Assembly: GCA_964016885.1 (NCBI GenBank)
Contig: OZ024749.1
Span: 1,364,001-1,428,000, forward strand
From: Eledone cirrhosa
Lineage: Eukaryota
DNA length: 64,000 bases
Direction of reading: 5' to 3'
The notes under the pieces are model-generated. The model was not told where the DNA came from. It searched no databases and was given only the letters and a program-made list of their open reading frames with translations. This document shows positions 38,343-53,869 of this stretch, piece after piece. Numbering within the stretch: position 1 is the first letter of the stretch; the number at the start of each line of letters is the position of its first letter. A program made the position numbers and the translations under genes.

Positions 38343-38447
38343 ATATAGAAGAGCTTCTACAGGACTAGAACTGTTTCATTCGTGAGAAATCATCCTGATG
38401 ATTTCTCACGAATGAAACAGTTCTAGTCATGTAGAAGCTCTTCTATA
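38343..38447. ncRNA. Near-perfect fold-back centred on a hammerhead core
   Basis: ~50-bp arms; CTGATGA-TTTCTCACGAAT-GAAA-CAGTTCTAG-TC; the 5' strand of stem I is lost at the inversion point. Confidence 0.7.
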
Positions 38448-38561
38448 TATATAAACATACATATATCTGTATATAAACATATACTTGTGTGCATGTGTAC
38501 ATGTATGTATGCATTTGTGTGTGTATATACACACATATGCATGTATGTACATAAATATCTA

Positions 38562-38592
<31 letters not shown>

Positions 38593-38639
38593 GTATATAT
38601 ATATATATCTATATATATATATGTATATATATATATATC

Positions 38640-38692
<53 letters not shown>

Positions 38693-38693
38693 C

Positions 38694-38749
<56 letters not shown>

Positions 38750-39499
38750 GATATATAGATTTATATATATATGTACATATGTACAAGCACACATATATAC
38801 ATATAAACATACATACATCTGTATATAAACATATATTTGTGTGTTTGTGTACACGTATGTATATATGTGCATACACCTATGCATGCATACATGTACACAC
38901 ATACACCTATGCATACATACATGTACACACATACACCTATGCATACATACATGTACACACATACAATACACCTATGCATACATACATGTACACACATACA
39001 ATACACCTATGCATACATATTCATAATGGCCACAAATACTGTCATGTAATTTTGTGTAGTTAATTCTGTGAAAGTTAATCTTTATTAAAAGCTCTGCTGT
39101 CTGTCTTACTACATTCTGCTATCTGTCCTTGAATAAATGCAATTACATTTACTATAGTAAAACTAGAAAACTGCAGCCTGTAATGGTAAACATCTATTTA
39201 AATGCAATTTTGCATGGGAAAATATCTCTCGAGATTTTCCATTAAATATAATATGGAAATCTGCAAAATCTTGGCAAAGACCCATTATTAAGTAACAAGT
39301 CAAACATTTGGTGTTACCCATTTGAAGAATATTATGAATACGCTATTAATTCAGTGTCTAAATATCTTGGCAGGGACGTGGAATGGTTAAGATGTTTCGT
39401 GTGTACAGAACATTGGATTATGATGGGGGTACTACTGTATGAATTAAGGTCCCAGGTTTGATTTCAGTGTATTGTATCTTGGAAATTTCAATTCTTTAA

Positions 39500-39723
39500 C
39501 CGTTTTGATACCAGCCTGGCCAAAAGCAACTCTGATTCTATGAAAGAAAACCATCTATTTCAAATGATTTCTATATAAATTTACATCTTCCAACATGATA
39601 CAAGAACCATATGTTAAGTTATATTAGGAAGGAGATAATTAATCCTAGGAGTAAGCCCTTCAAAATTCTACATTAATTAATTGAATTAGGGTATATTTCA
39701 TTATAAATATAGTCACGAAAAGG
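39500..39723. mobile_element. Possible old piggyBac-type MITE
   Basis: TTAA|CCGTTTTGATAC ... GTCACGAAAAGG|TTAA; imperfect TIR. Confidence 0.4.
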
Positions 39724-40803
39724 TTAAAGAATCTAAAGTCGTTCCAAATCTACATCAGATTTCTATGTTTCACTCAGTATTCCCACCAACAAATTCTTGT
39801 GCTATGACTTCTCTTCAAGACAAAGTGTTGCCTGTTCTCTGGAAACAAAAGTATTTATCATTTAGCCTAACAGTGATTAACACAAAACCTCATTACATTA
39901 TTTTTATTGTAATTAATATTGGAGCTATTATATATATTATTTTTTCTATATAGTAATGTTAAGTTGACTTTATGTAAATAAAAGGAATAATTTGTAGTTT
40001 CCTCAAATTTAAGTTTTTCTCTTACATATATTCACTGCACTACTAAAGTGTGCAGTCTGTTCCTGGAGGGTTATCAGGCTTATACTGGTTTCTGTGGTGT
40101 GACTGTGAGTACAAGACTCTCCACTGGACAGGACGCCAGTCCATCACAGAGTTAAACCCCCCATATATTGCTGGTATTCATTTTCAGCTCAGTGTACTGG
40201 AGCAATGTGAAATGAGGTGTTTTATTCAAGAATCCAGTCCAGGAATCAAAGCCATGACATTACTATTGTAAGTCCAACACCACTGGGCCACATGCCTCCA
40301 CTATTTATATATGATCCACAGTTCAAATTATCCTTGTAAATCAAGCTCCAGACAATTTATATACAATCCACATTGAGACAATATGCTTGACATTAGTATA
40401 TCTCCCCTGCTAAAACAAAGGTTAGCACTATGGAAGGATACGGGGGACGGGGGCACATGACAAGCTTCTCTTATTGTCTACATCATCCCTCACCAAACCC
40501 TTGGCTTTCATTTCCCTCCGCCATTTTTAGATATATCTTTCTTTGTCTTCCCCTTTCTCTACTTCCCTCCACATTTCCATCTTGAATACAACAACAATAA
40601 TAAGGTAAAAAGAAGTTGCCATCAGCTGCTATGAGGAATTGAACACTATATCTCCCAGATACTGGCTAGACACTTTAGCCATTAAGCTAAGGGACCATGA
40701 CAACCTGTGCACCATCTTTTTAACTCAATAACTAGACAACAGCTTTCAGATGCAGACACACATCCATATGTAAACAAACAACTTCTGGACTTTTAAGCGC
40801 TGA

Positions 40804-40850
<47 letters not shown>

Positions 40851-40853
<3 letters not shown>

Positions 40854-41605
40854 AGAAGTAGGAGTCAAACTAGTAACCTGCATAGTAAACCAAGTAATAC
40901 ATGATGGAGTCATGCCCAATGACTGGCACAGCAGTACAATCATTAATTGCTACAAGGGCAAAGGTGATTCCCTAGAAAGGAGCAACTGTAGAGGAATAAA
41001 ACTAAAGGACCAAGTTATGAAAGTGACAGAAAGCAGCTAATTAGGGAAAGAATTAAATTAGATGAGATGCAGTTTGGTTTAATGCCTGGGAAAAGTACTA
41101 CAGATGCCCTCTGTTTAGCTTTTGCTGATCTAGAGAAGGCCTTTGACAGAGTACCTCGATCTATTATCTAGTGGTCCTTAGGGAAGGAAATTAGGTGTAG
41201 AAGAATGGTTTGTGAGAGCAGAGCAAGTTATGTACAGAGGAGTTGTCAGTAATGAGTTTGGCAAGGAATTCAAGGTACAGGTAGGAGTTCATCAAAGTTC
41301 AATTCTTAATCCACTGTTGTCCATCACAGTTCTTCAGGTCATAACAGGGGAGTTTAAAACGAGCTGCCCATGGCAACTGCTCTATGCAGATGATTCGGTC
41401 CTTATAGCTAAAAGCAAAAAGCAGCTAGAAAATAAATTCCAATTATGGAAACTGAATTTGGAATCAAAAGGCCTAAGAGTAAGGTGCTAGTGAGTAGGAG
41501 AGAAGATAAGACCCAGATTCCCTCAGGGAAGGGGTCCTGCTCAATATGTAGAAAAGGAGTGGGCATAAACTCCATACAATGTACAGAATGTAAACAAAAG
41601 ATGTA
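40851..41605 (+). pseudogene. Degenerate RTE RT fragment
   Basis: QVGVHQSSILNPLL and CPWQLLYADD in ORF 41212..41490. Confidence 0.88.
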
Positions 41606-41739
41606 GTATAATGATATAAGTATAATGGATTATGTGCTCAAATGTGTAGATGCTATAAGATGGAGTGAAGACCCTTAAAACACATCTTTTAAAGGTTTTC
41701 TCTTTTATAAGCTATATACATTGTTTACATAAAAATAAT

Positions 41740-42283
41740 AATTGTTTCTACTTTTGGCACAAGGCCATCAATTATCCCAGTGTATTACAGGTACTTTATT
41801 TTATCGACCCTGTAAGGATGAAAGGCAAAGTCAACCTCGGCGGGATTTGAACTCAGATCATAAAGGGAGGTAACTCTATGCTTCAAAGCATGGTGTCCGA
41901 CCCTCTACCGATACTGCCAATCCACCACCCAAAAATAATAATGGTTTTTAATTTAGGCACCAGGTTAGCCATTTCTTTTTTAGTGTGAGGAGTCAATTAA
42001 ATCAGCCCCAGTATTTGACTGGTACTTTAATTTGAACTCAGATCTAAACAAACAAGAACAAATATTATTAACAATTGTTTCTACATTTGACACAAGACCA
42101 GCAATTTGAAGGGGAGGGAAAAGTCGATTAAATTGACCCCAGTGTTTACTGGCACTTTATTTTATCAACCCGGTAAGGATGAAAAGCACAGTTAACCTTG
42201 GTGGGATTTGAACTCAGAACGAAAAGGGACATAATTCTATGCTGCAAAGCATGGTATGTGACGTTCTACCGATACTGCCAATC
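41740..42283 (-). mobile_element. Cluster of SINE family 1 copies (41740-41930, partial ~41945-42045, 42074-42283)
   Basis: Reverse-complement matches to the 8177 copy; the first has flanking repeat AAAAATAATAAT. Confidence 0.85.
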
Positions 42284-42359
42284 CATAACAATATCTGCTC
42301 TGGCCTGGAGTAGTAGTACCTGTTAGGGAACCATTTATGGTTTAAATAATTACCTTATT

Positions 42360-45101
42360 TGAGTGGTGCCAAACACGACGAATGCTGCAGTAGGAGGAGT
42401 GGGTTTTGTTTTCAGTGCAAAAACCAATCTATTGGTGAGGGAAATCACACCTGTCTCCCCACGAGTGTTGAGGGAGACCTTCAATGGAAACCGAAGACTG
42501 ACAGTCATTTCAGCCTATAGTCCAACCGAGGGAGACAGTGATGTGAGTGCAGAAGAGTTCCATGAGGAAGTGTGTAGAGCTGTCAACACCACACAAGCTC
42601 ACAACATCCTGCTTGTTTTGGGGGACTTCAATGCTCATCTGAGTAAGGAGGGCAGTGAAGATCCTTGCTGGTACTTCTATAACAACACCAACCGAAATGG
42701 AAGACTACTGGGAAACACTCTGCTGGAGGCAAACTTGATAGCAACCAACCTAAGGTTTAGGAAGAATCCGGGGAAGATGTGGACCTACATCTCAGATATG
42801 CACCTGTCCCAAGTCCCAGATTGATTTCATTCTGGTGACGAAAAAGTGGCGGAATAGTGTTCTGAACACAGAACCATACAACTATTTCAGTACACTGGGT
42901 AGCACCGGCTTGTTATGAGTGAGGTCCGAGTGAGCTTAAAAAAGAGCAAGGCTCGGCCCTGGAGAGCAATCTATGACTGGAGAGCTTTCAAGGAAGATGA
43001 TAAGCTACAGTAGAGGTTCACAGTGGAAGTGAGGAACAAGTTCAGTGCTCTGTGTGGAGAGACAGAGGAGAGAGAGATTGGAGGGACTGAGGAGAGTGTG
43101 ATGAGGAGGTACAGGCACTTCACCAATGCAGTGGCGGAAGCAAGTGAGACCCTGGTGCCGAGGAGAAAGAACAAAAGGAAGCTCTGCAGACCCAAAAGTG
43201 TGTGCAGCCAGAGAACACCGGAAAGCTGCCAAGGACCAATTCTATGCTGATCCTACGGAGGAGAGGAAGGAGAATATGGAGGTGGTGAGGGAAGAACTCT
43301 TACACTTACACTGAGGCCAGAGAGAAGGCGCTGATAGAGAGGATCATAAGTGTGGAGAGAGCAGTTGGCAGGTCTGGGTGTAAGAAGAGCTGGATGATTA
43401 TCAACGAGATTACAGGGAGGAAGAGAAAGTGTTCGAGTCAGATCCAGAGAACAGGGCCCGAGGATAGGAGGAGGAAATGGCTGGATCATTTTAGGACCCT
43501 ACTAGGAGAGCTGCCCTCCACAGCCCAGAACACTGGGGAGATCAGGCAGCTGTTTGAGGAACTGAATATTGAGACAGGACCCTTCACCAGAGAGGAGCTT
43601 CAGAGAGCCAAGAAGAAGATCAGGGAGGGCAAGGCTCATGGAGAAGATGGAGTGGCATCAGAGGTGATAAAGAGGTACGATTTTGATGATATCATCCTGG
43701 GGTTCTGTAACCAGGCACTGGAGAAAGGAGTCGCCCTGAATCAGTGGAGGATCAGTAACATCGTTCCAGTGCCAAAGAATGGAGATCTCTCTAACACCAA
43801 CAATTACAGGGGGATCTCACTGACGTCACTTGTGGCAAAGACCCACAACAGGATGATTCTTAACAGGATCCAGTCCAAGATGGAAAAGAAGATCAGGGAC
43901 AACCAGAACGGCTTCAGAGAGGGAAGATCAACCACCAGTCACATCCTGATGCTGAGGAGGATATTAGAGGGAACTAGAGCAAAGAGCCTTCCTGCCGGCA
44001 TGGTTTTCATTACTTTAGGAAGGCCTTCGATTTTGTGGACCGTCACTGCCTGATGAAGATCTTACAGGCTTCTGGAATCCCCAAGAAGATAGTGGACTTG
44101 ATATCACTGCTCTACACCAACACCAAAGCCCAAGTCATTACACCTGCTGGGATGACAGAGCTCTTTGAGATACTGGCTGGAGTGCTCCAAGGAGATACAT
44201 TGGCTCCCTACCTTTTTATCATGGTATTGGACTATTGTATGCGCCTTGCGCTGGATAAACACCAGGACTCTGGCTTTACTGTAGCACCGGCTCAGAGCAG
44301 GAGAGTTAAGGCGAGAAAGATATCGGATGCTGAATTTGCCAACGACATAGTTCTGGTGACAAACACTGTGAAGTAGGCAGAGGATTTGATGCAGGAGGTG
44401 GAGACTGTGTCGATGGGTGTGGGGCTGAGAATGAATGAGATTAAGATGAAGTATCTGGTAGAGAACATTAAGAAGCCAGAGAAGATCACTAATGTAGGTG
44501 GGAAGCCGCTAGAATTGGTTGAAGACTTCCTGTATCTGGGAGCAAAGATTGGGAATACGGAAGATGATGTGGTTGAGAGGAAGAGCAAAGCCTGGGCGGC
44601 GTGCCACAGTTTGAGATCGGTGTGAAAGTCGGACCTTCGTAAAGACCTGAAGATCTGTCTCTTCGTTGCTGTAGTGGAGTCTATGCTGCTGTACAGGTCT
44701 GAGACTTGGACACTGACCAAGAAATTCACTCAGATGGTGGATGGGTGCTACACGAGAATGCTGAGGATGGCTCTGAACATTAATCAGTTTACACTGAGGA
44801 TAAAGAACTGAGCTGTACGGGAGCCTCCCAAAAGTCAGCTCGAAAGTAACACAGAGGAGATTGAGGTTAGCTGGACATGTTCACTGACATCCAGAGTTGA
44901 CACTGCACTCAGTGCTCCTGTGGGAGCCACTGGACAGACACACTAGAAGAGGGATACCAAGGTTGACATATCTTGATGCTCTAAGGACAGACACCAGTCT
45001 CTTGGAGACGCAGGACAAGGCAGCGATGATGAGGGACAGAGACCACTGGAGAGAACTCGTCCATGGATCTCAGGAATTTTACCCGCCCTAGATAGATAGA
45101 T
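42360..45101 (+). mobile_element. RTE-like LINE family C (APE + RT), frameshifted, (TAGA)n tail
   Basis: GGVGF, SAYSPT, LGDFNAH; NYRGISL, QNGFREGRST, GVLQGDTLAPYLF, FAND (decayed FADD), DFLYLG; lacks the Cys finger of families A and B. Confidence 0.92.
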
Positions 45102-46733
<1,632 letters not shown>

Positions 46734-47326
46734 TGGGTGTGAACTTTGCTATCATGTAATTTTATGGACATTGTTTATTTCGATATAATAAATATAATAG
46801 ATATAATAGATATATCAAATTTTAGTGATTTTCAAGTAATAACCTGGCTGATTTTAAAACAAAACTTAACTAGCTTACATGTTTTTTTAAAAAATCGAAC
46901 TAATAAAGAAAAAATATTTTATTTTTAAAGGTCAGGTTCATTGAAAACACCAAAAACTGTTGAAAAAATATAAACATTTCATTTCCAATGTGGTCTAATA
47001 TTAAAGAAAGTTAGTGAAAAACATCTATATTATTTAAAGTTTGTGTCAATTCCTCCATCTATATATCTCTCGATAAATGTCTACATGTTAGAGGTGAAAT
47101 TTAGGGGTTTTTTTCTGTGGATTTTGGTGTTTTGAACAATTCTTCCATTTCTCCTTCATTTGACTAAAACAGAAATAATTTGTGACAGTTTTAAAGGTCA
47201 GTTTCGTTCTAAACACGAAACGAGATATAGATATAAATCAGTTAAACTGTAACCAAAAGTGTTCATCAACAACTTACTTTAACCAGTAAAGTTAGTAATA
47301 AGAGTAAGATAAGACAGTAAGCATGC

Positions 47327-47640
47327 ACATGTACACCAGGTCCAAACACAGAGGAGCCAAACTCCCACTGTCATCACCTCCATCTCTCTCGTCCTCTCCA
47401 TCTTACACATGTACACCAGGTCCGAACACAGAGGAGCCAAACTCCCACTGTCATCACCTCCATCTCTCTTGTCCTCCCCATCTCACATGTACACCAGGTC
47501 CGAACACAGAGGAGCCAAACTCCCACTGTCATCACCTCCATCTCTCTCGTCCTCCCCATCTCACACATGTACACCAGGTCCGAACATAGAGGAGCCAAAC
47601 TCCCACTGTCATCACCTCCATCTCTCTCGTCCTCCCAATC
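47327..47640. repeat. ~80-bp tandem repeat x4
   Basis: Unit CACATGTACACCAGGTCCGAACACAGAGGAGCCAAACTCCCACTGTCATCACCTCCATCTCTCTCGTCCTCCCCATCT. Confidence 0.95.
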
Positions 47641-47974
47641 TCCCACTATTATGAGCAAATGGGGTCCCATGTACTGGCCGCCCCATGGCCCCAGCAGACA
47701 AAATGGAGAAGGCATTTCCCCGTAGGATGGTAAGGGAGATGTGCTGGAAGAGCCATTCCATCTAGCACCTGCGGCTAGCTCAGTGCCTATGGTGGTGAGT
47801 AGGCAGTTAGCCCTATGGCCAAGGACACCAGTTGTTAAATCATTTCTATAACCTCCATCAATTAAAAGACCTTATTGTTGGCACCTCAATGAATTATAGT
47901 ATTATATTCTTATACACGGTTTAGAAAGAACAAATGGCGAGCAATTTATAATGTTATTTACGTATTTGTAATGT

Positions 47975-48310
47975 TCATTTCATTTTACGTCCGCTTTTCC
48001 CTGCTTGCAAGGGTGGGACAGGAACTGATTCTGGCTTGATTTCTACAGCTGGATGCCCTTCCTAACACCAACCTCATTTACAGTGAGTGCTTCATTTATA
48101 GTGAGTGCTGGGTGCTTTTTGCCGTGGCACCTCCACGACCACTTTGCAGTGGAATGATAGGGACCCCAGTCCTATCATGTCATTTCTGAGTAAACTGGAG
48201 CAATGTGAAATAAAGTGTCTTGCTCAAGGAAACAGCACATCACCCGGTCTGAGAATTGAACTCACAACCTTTCGCAAGGCCAATGCTCTAAGCACTAAGC
48301 CATGTGCCTC
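47975..48310 (-). mobile_element. SINE family 2 (tRNA head, RTE-A tail)
   Basis: Reverse complement of 58427-58770. Confidence 0.88.
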
Positions 48311-49003
48311 CATATATTTATATATATATTTATAACATATTATTTATATATATATTTAAAACATGTTATTTATCTATATATTTAAAACATATTTGCAATG
48401 TCATTCAACTGTAAATTTATACAATTATAAATAAAATATATAATGCTGGACTGTTAAACTATTTATATAAAACCAGAGATCCAAGACATATTTCAACAAA
48501 TACAATGAAACTATTTTCAAATTATTTTTTATACTTTGCCCAGCCTCAAGCAAAGCCAGAAAGATACAAAAAAAACAGGGAAATGGCGGAAAGAACATAA
48601 TTTATAGAAAAAGATGGCGATTGATGTAGCAACTATATTTTTCTCTAACAATATAATGGCTCTTTCTCTATATATACATATATCTTTTAATTTAAATTAT
48701 TGATGCTCTTGGACAAATGTCCATAGAGCTTTTTTACTGAGAAACATAATCATCATACATATTATATGTTATGATACTTTAACTTATATAAGTTAAGGTA
48801 TCATAATATATATTGTTATATTTGGGAATGTCAAAATCCTTGCAAAACAAATACATTCAGGGATGGTGGAAGCATTTCTGAATTGGGGTGGCCAAATTTG
48901 GTTAATTTAGTTGTAGTGGTTAGTTTAGCTGTTATTATCAAATAGCAACCAAGATATAAAAACTTTGATATGTGATAAACATAACACAGATGTGTGTTTT
49001 GGT

Positions 49004-51650
49004 ATATTTCAGAGGTACTGAGTTAAGTTCAACAGTACGTCCTCATCAGATAAAATAAGATGATGCATGACATACCCTGACATAGCAGATGGTTAAGATT
49101 CAGTCATGGTAGTGATTAACCTATGACAAAACTCAATATTTATACCCTAATATTGAGAACATGAGAAAAATATATAATACAAACAATAGAAAGGGTGCGA
49201 GTAATACAACTTAAAAAATACATGGCATCAATATAACAGTTAAAAAAATTTTTTAAACTACTGAAGAAAGAGGAAAGAAAAGAAAGCATAGAGAAAGAAA
49301 CAGCTGATGTGATAATATATTTAGTAGGCGGCTCGAAAAACAAATGAAAGATGATTAAAGAGAGAGAGACAAGTCTTCGACTTCTTTATCACAACTTATA
49401 TGGTCATTAAAAGAGAAAAATTTAAAATACTCGATCTTTTGGACGAAGCTTTGTAATAGTAAAATATATACGAACTCGTCTATATCAACTAACTGCAACC
49501 TCTGCACAAAGGAGGCCCGTTTAATAATTATTAATTATGAAAACTTAATTAACGAAAAAAGTGAATTATTCTCAAACTGCCTTCATAAAGTTTTGTCTAC
49601 ATTCCAAGCCTTGCAAAAAGTCAGGAAAAAACAGTAAACAATCAGGCCTTAATTTTTGACGTCTATTATCAACTGTTGGGCCTAAAAAGTCATAATGGTT
49701 TATAAAACTTTAATAATGCTTTATCTCCTAATCATTTATGATGGAATTAATGTTAGAATGAAGGACACTCGTTTGATAACTTTTTACTTGATAAATATAC
49801 ACACCTTAGGGTTTTTTTGGATATTTATAATTTTGATTCAGATCTTTCTTTATTTGTCTCTGTTTTAGATATATAATTTTGATATTTAACTTGTAAATTT
49901 ACCGATTATAATTGAACTGTAGATCATTCATGCGTTTGCATATTTTACTCATTTTGAGTATGTTTTGAGGACTCAGAAAGTTAGATTTGCATTTATTTAC
50001 TTTTTATATATATAATATAACAAACCATAATAGTCGACAAATATTGGTCTCTCTCTCCACTGAACTGGAGGTAAAACTACAATTATAGCATTACTAATAA
50101 TGATTATAATTATTTATTTATTAAATGTATACCGTTTCATTAATACCTATAATAATATCTCTATATAGTTGTACAATTATGTTTATCTAGTGTAATAACA
50201 TACTCGTAGTTACATTTATAAATAATTTAGATACTCAAATGACTCTATATTGTTATAAGTGTTTGATATTCCCTGGAAGTTCGAATGTATATAATGATTT
50301 TTACTTAATTTAATATAATTTAATTTAATTTAATATATTTTAATTAAATTTAGATTACCTTCGGCTTTTTCAAATATTTAGCTCCTCTTTAGATGTATCT
50401 TTTGTCTACTATATATTAAAACCCTATTACATTTATAATATATTTTTATTATTGGGCATTTTTAAGTTTCGCAAACAATTCATTATTTTTAGTCTTTATT
50501 TTTATATTTATTTTGTATCTAGCCCCTATCATTAGGACTCATGTAGTTTTGACTTATATGTTTATAGCATATATCAACTAAATGAAAATAATTGATATAA
50601 AACATTAACTTTGTTAAATATGTTTTAACAATATATTTTAAGTATATATATTTTTTAACAATATTTTCAGTAACTTATTTACTATATTGTATTGTTGTAT
50701 TATATTATATATATTTGAAAGGTATCACCTTAAGTCTTTGTATATTTTTTGATTAACACATATATATAATTAACACATATATATAATTAAAAATTCAGAT
50801 TTCTTTAAGTTTAGTTATAAGGCCGGTTGATCCTTTAGGCACTCAAACTATTTAACCATAAATTCTTTAATAATTATAACTATAATTATTTTATAAATTA
50901 TATTATATAAACTGTTGTCAATATTATAAATAATTTTGGTAAAGATTACCTTCGTGGGGGTATAAAAGCATTATATATTTTCTTTCTCGTGTTTCGTAAA
51001 TCCTTCAAATTTGTTTTTATAAAATTTGAATTTTAGAAATTAAACTTGATAGTATAATTATAATATTAATACAAATACCTATTAACTTTTAAAACCTAAA
51101 ATATTACTCATTACTCTGAAATAACTTAAATTATATATTTTGAATATTAACGGTCATCTAAGTAAGTTTGGATATATATTGTATATATGGTTAATTGTCT
51201 ATAGACTTGAACATAAATTACTCCCCTTTGTCCCTCTCTCTCTTTAATCATCTTTCATTTGTTTTTCGAGCCACTACTAAATATATTATCACATCAGTTG
51301 TTTCTTCCTCTATGCTTTCTTTTCTTTCCTCTTTCTTCAGTAGTTTTTTTTTTTTTTTTTAACTATTATATTGATGCCATGTATTTTTTAAGTTGTATTA
51401 CACGCACCCTCTCTATTGTTTGTATTATATATTTTTCTCATGTTCTCAATATTAGGGTATAAATATTGAGTTTTGTCATAGGTTAATCACTACCATGACT
51501 GAATCTTAACCATCTGCTATGTCAGGGTATGTCATGCATCATCTTATTTTATCTGATGAGGACGTACTGTTGAACTTAACTCAGTACCTCTGAAATATGC
51601 ATAATAAAATATACTTGATCACAAGAATATCTATTTTGTTAATATTTTGA
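49004..51650 (+). mobile_element. Penelope-like element with inverted pseudo-LTRs
   Basis: 49004-49372 is the inverse of 51229-51598; 49371-49637 encodes KSSTSLSQLIWSLK...CNLCTKEARLII...LINEKSELFSNCLHK (GIY-YIG C-terminus); ends at (TA)n. Confidence 0.85.
51545..51611 (+). ncRNA. Type-I hammerhead motif (truncated inverse copy at 49004-49057)
   Basis: TATTTTAT-CTGATGA-GGACGTACTG TTGAACTTAACT CAGTACCTCT-GAAA-T ATGC A-TA^ATAAAATA. Confidence 0.8.
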
Positions 51651-51670
51651 ATATATATATATATATATAT

Positions 51671-52058
51671 CATTATCATCATCATCACCGTTTTACGTCC
51701 ATTCTTCCACGCTAGCATGGGTTAGACGGATTGTCCTGTTGTTGGCAGTGTCCGGTCGGCTGACCTTGTCTTGCACATACAGGAACTGATTCTGACTTGA
51801 TTTCTACAGCTGGATGCCCTTCCTAACACCAACCTCATTTACAGTGAGTGCTGGGTGCTTTTTTTCTGTGGCACCTCCACGACCACTTTACAGTGGAATG
51901 ATAGGGACCCCAGTCCCTATCATCTCATTTCTACAGCTGAGTAAACTGGAGCAATGTGAAATAAAGTGTCTTGCTCAAGGAAACAACACATCACCCGGTC
52001 TGAGAATTGAACTCACAACCTTTCGATTGCAAGGCCAATGCTCTAACCACTAAGCCAT
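51671..52058 (-). mobile_element. SINE family 2 variant with RTE-B tail
   Basis: Head and body as in 58427; 3' end matches the RTE-B UTR at 17140-17270. Confidence 0.88.
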
Positions 52059-52249
52059 ATATAGATATATGTGTATATGTGTGTGTGTATATATGTATAT
52101 GTTTGTGTGTGTGTGTATTATATGTTTACAATATGGATTATAATGTTTAACACAATTATATTTGTAAACACATTCCCATTGAATCCATATTTGGTTACAT
52201 ATATAAATTTTTCACAAACAACTCCAATACTAGCACAAAATGAGGAGTA

Positions 52250-52695
52250 GTAGTAACATAAGACCACTGCCACTAAGGTCAAATAGGTGACCTAGACTAA
52301 AACGCCGGTAATTTCTAGGTATTTACAGTTATTATAGTTGGTTGTTAAAACAACCCTAACAAACCTAAGAACTTCAATAGACTTGGTACTGGAGTGTTAA
52401 GACAGTATCTGACCAATGAGAGGAAGGTAAATTCTACTGATGTTTGAATTCGTTCATTCTAAATCATATGCCACCAGTTCTTTGAGAAAACACCACACTT
52501 TGGAACAGGGCATATCAAAGGACCGAAATAACGGAGGTAAACTTGGTTCCATCATTATGTTTTTCCTGTTTTTTCTCTTCAAATTCTAGCTGCCTGGTGA
52601 TGTCATAGCTGTTGAATAATGGTTAGCACCGAAATAATATATTGCAGCGAATATGAATAAACAAAGTTAATTTTAACCTGTTGACTTACACTCTG

Positions 52696-52696
<1 letters not shown>
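52250..52696 (+). mobile_element. CCAAT-family element ending in an HHR-like motif, AATAAA and (TA)n
   Basis: GCTGC-CTGGTGA-...-GAAA-TAATATATT-GCAGC at 52589-52648; colinear with 16210-16610. Confidence 0.6.
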
Positions 52697-52726
<30 letters not shown>

Positions 52727-52745
52727 CATATATATACATATATTT

Positions 52746-52811
<66 letters not shown>

Positions 52812-53256
52812 TATAAGTATGTACACGTACATAATATATGTATACAGACGTACAGTAGTATGTATATATATATACATACATGCACACATATATATATGTA
52901 CGTATGGATTCACCGAACATTTATTATAATGCTCGGTGTGTTTGTAAACAAACATCCCGTATTAAGCCGTAGTGTCCAGCAACCATCGTTGCTCGTTTGT
53001 TCAACACTGACAAAGGAACGCTGTACTAGTTTTAAGCTTATTATCTATCGTCAGCAACGTATAGCTTCCTGCCAGATTGTTGAACGTATATACTTACCTT
53101 ATGCATATTAACGGCTGAGTAGCCCAATTTGCATATCGAGTGGGTTAATCGGCCGGGTGTACGCCTATATACATATATGTATGTACGTGTACATACTTAT
53201 AGTTAAGTAACAGCCGTACTAAGAGTGGGAAATGAAATTTCGTTTCATTTTTTTCC

Positions 53257-53339
<83 letters not shown>

Positions 53340-53869
53340 ATATATATATTATATATAACAGAGTTTTGTAGCTTGCTTGATATATATATTAATCTATATT
53401 AATAAAGCTGACAGCCGTATATATATATGCATGTATGTATGTATGTATGTATTTATGTAACAAAGTTTTGGCCAAACTGCTGGACCAAACGGCACCAAAT
53501 TTGCACCATAGATGTAACTTTTCCAAGACAGAAAGTGAGGAGTAGATTACAGGTACTTTATTATATATAATATATACACAATGTTTGTTTATAATTTGTT
53601 TTTGTAGTTCTGTTTTCCGATGTATTGTGTGTTTGTGTATGCAAAAATATCTGTACACGAATATATAATTATATATATATAATTAATTAAAGCTTGGTTA
53701 GAGGCGAAGTCAATGCAGACAGACAGACATACAGACATAGTATAAGCGTGCGATGTAATAGCTATGTATCTATCTAAAAAGACAGAGTAAGAAAGAGAGA
53801 GGAATGTCGTATTATCATCCTCATCAACATCATCATCATCCTCGTTTAACGTCCACTTTCCAGCATTCT

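Noticed and set aside
38443-39063. YI/HT-rich ORFs here and at similar tracts
   Set aside because: Translations of (TA)/(CA) microsatellites.
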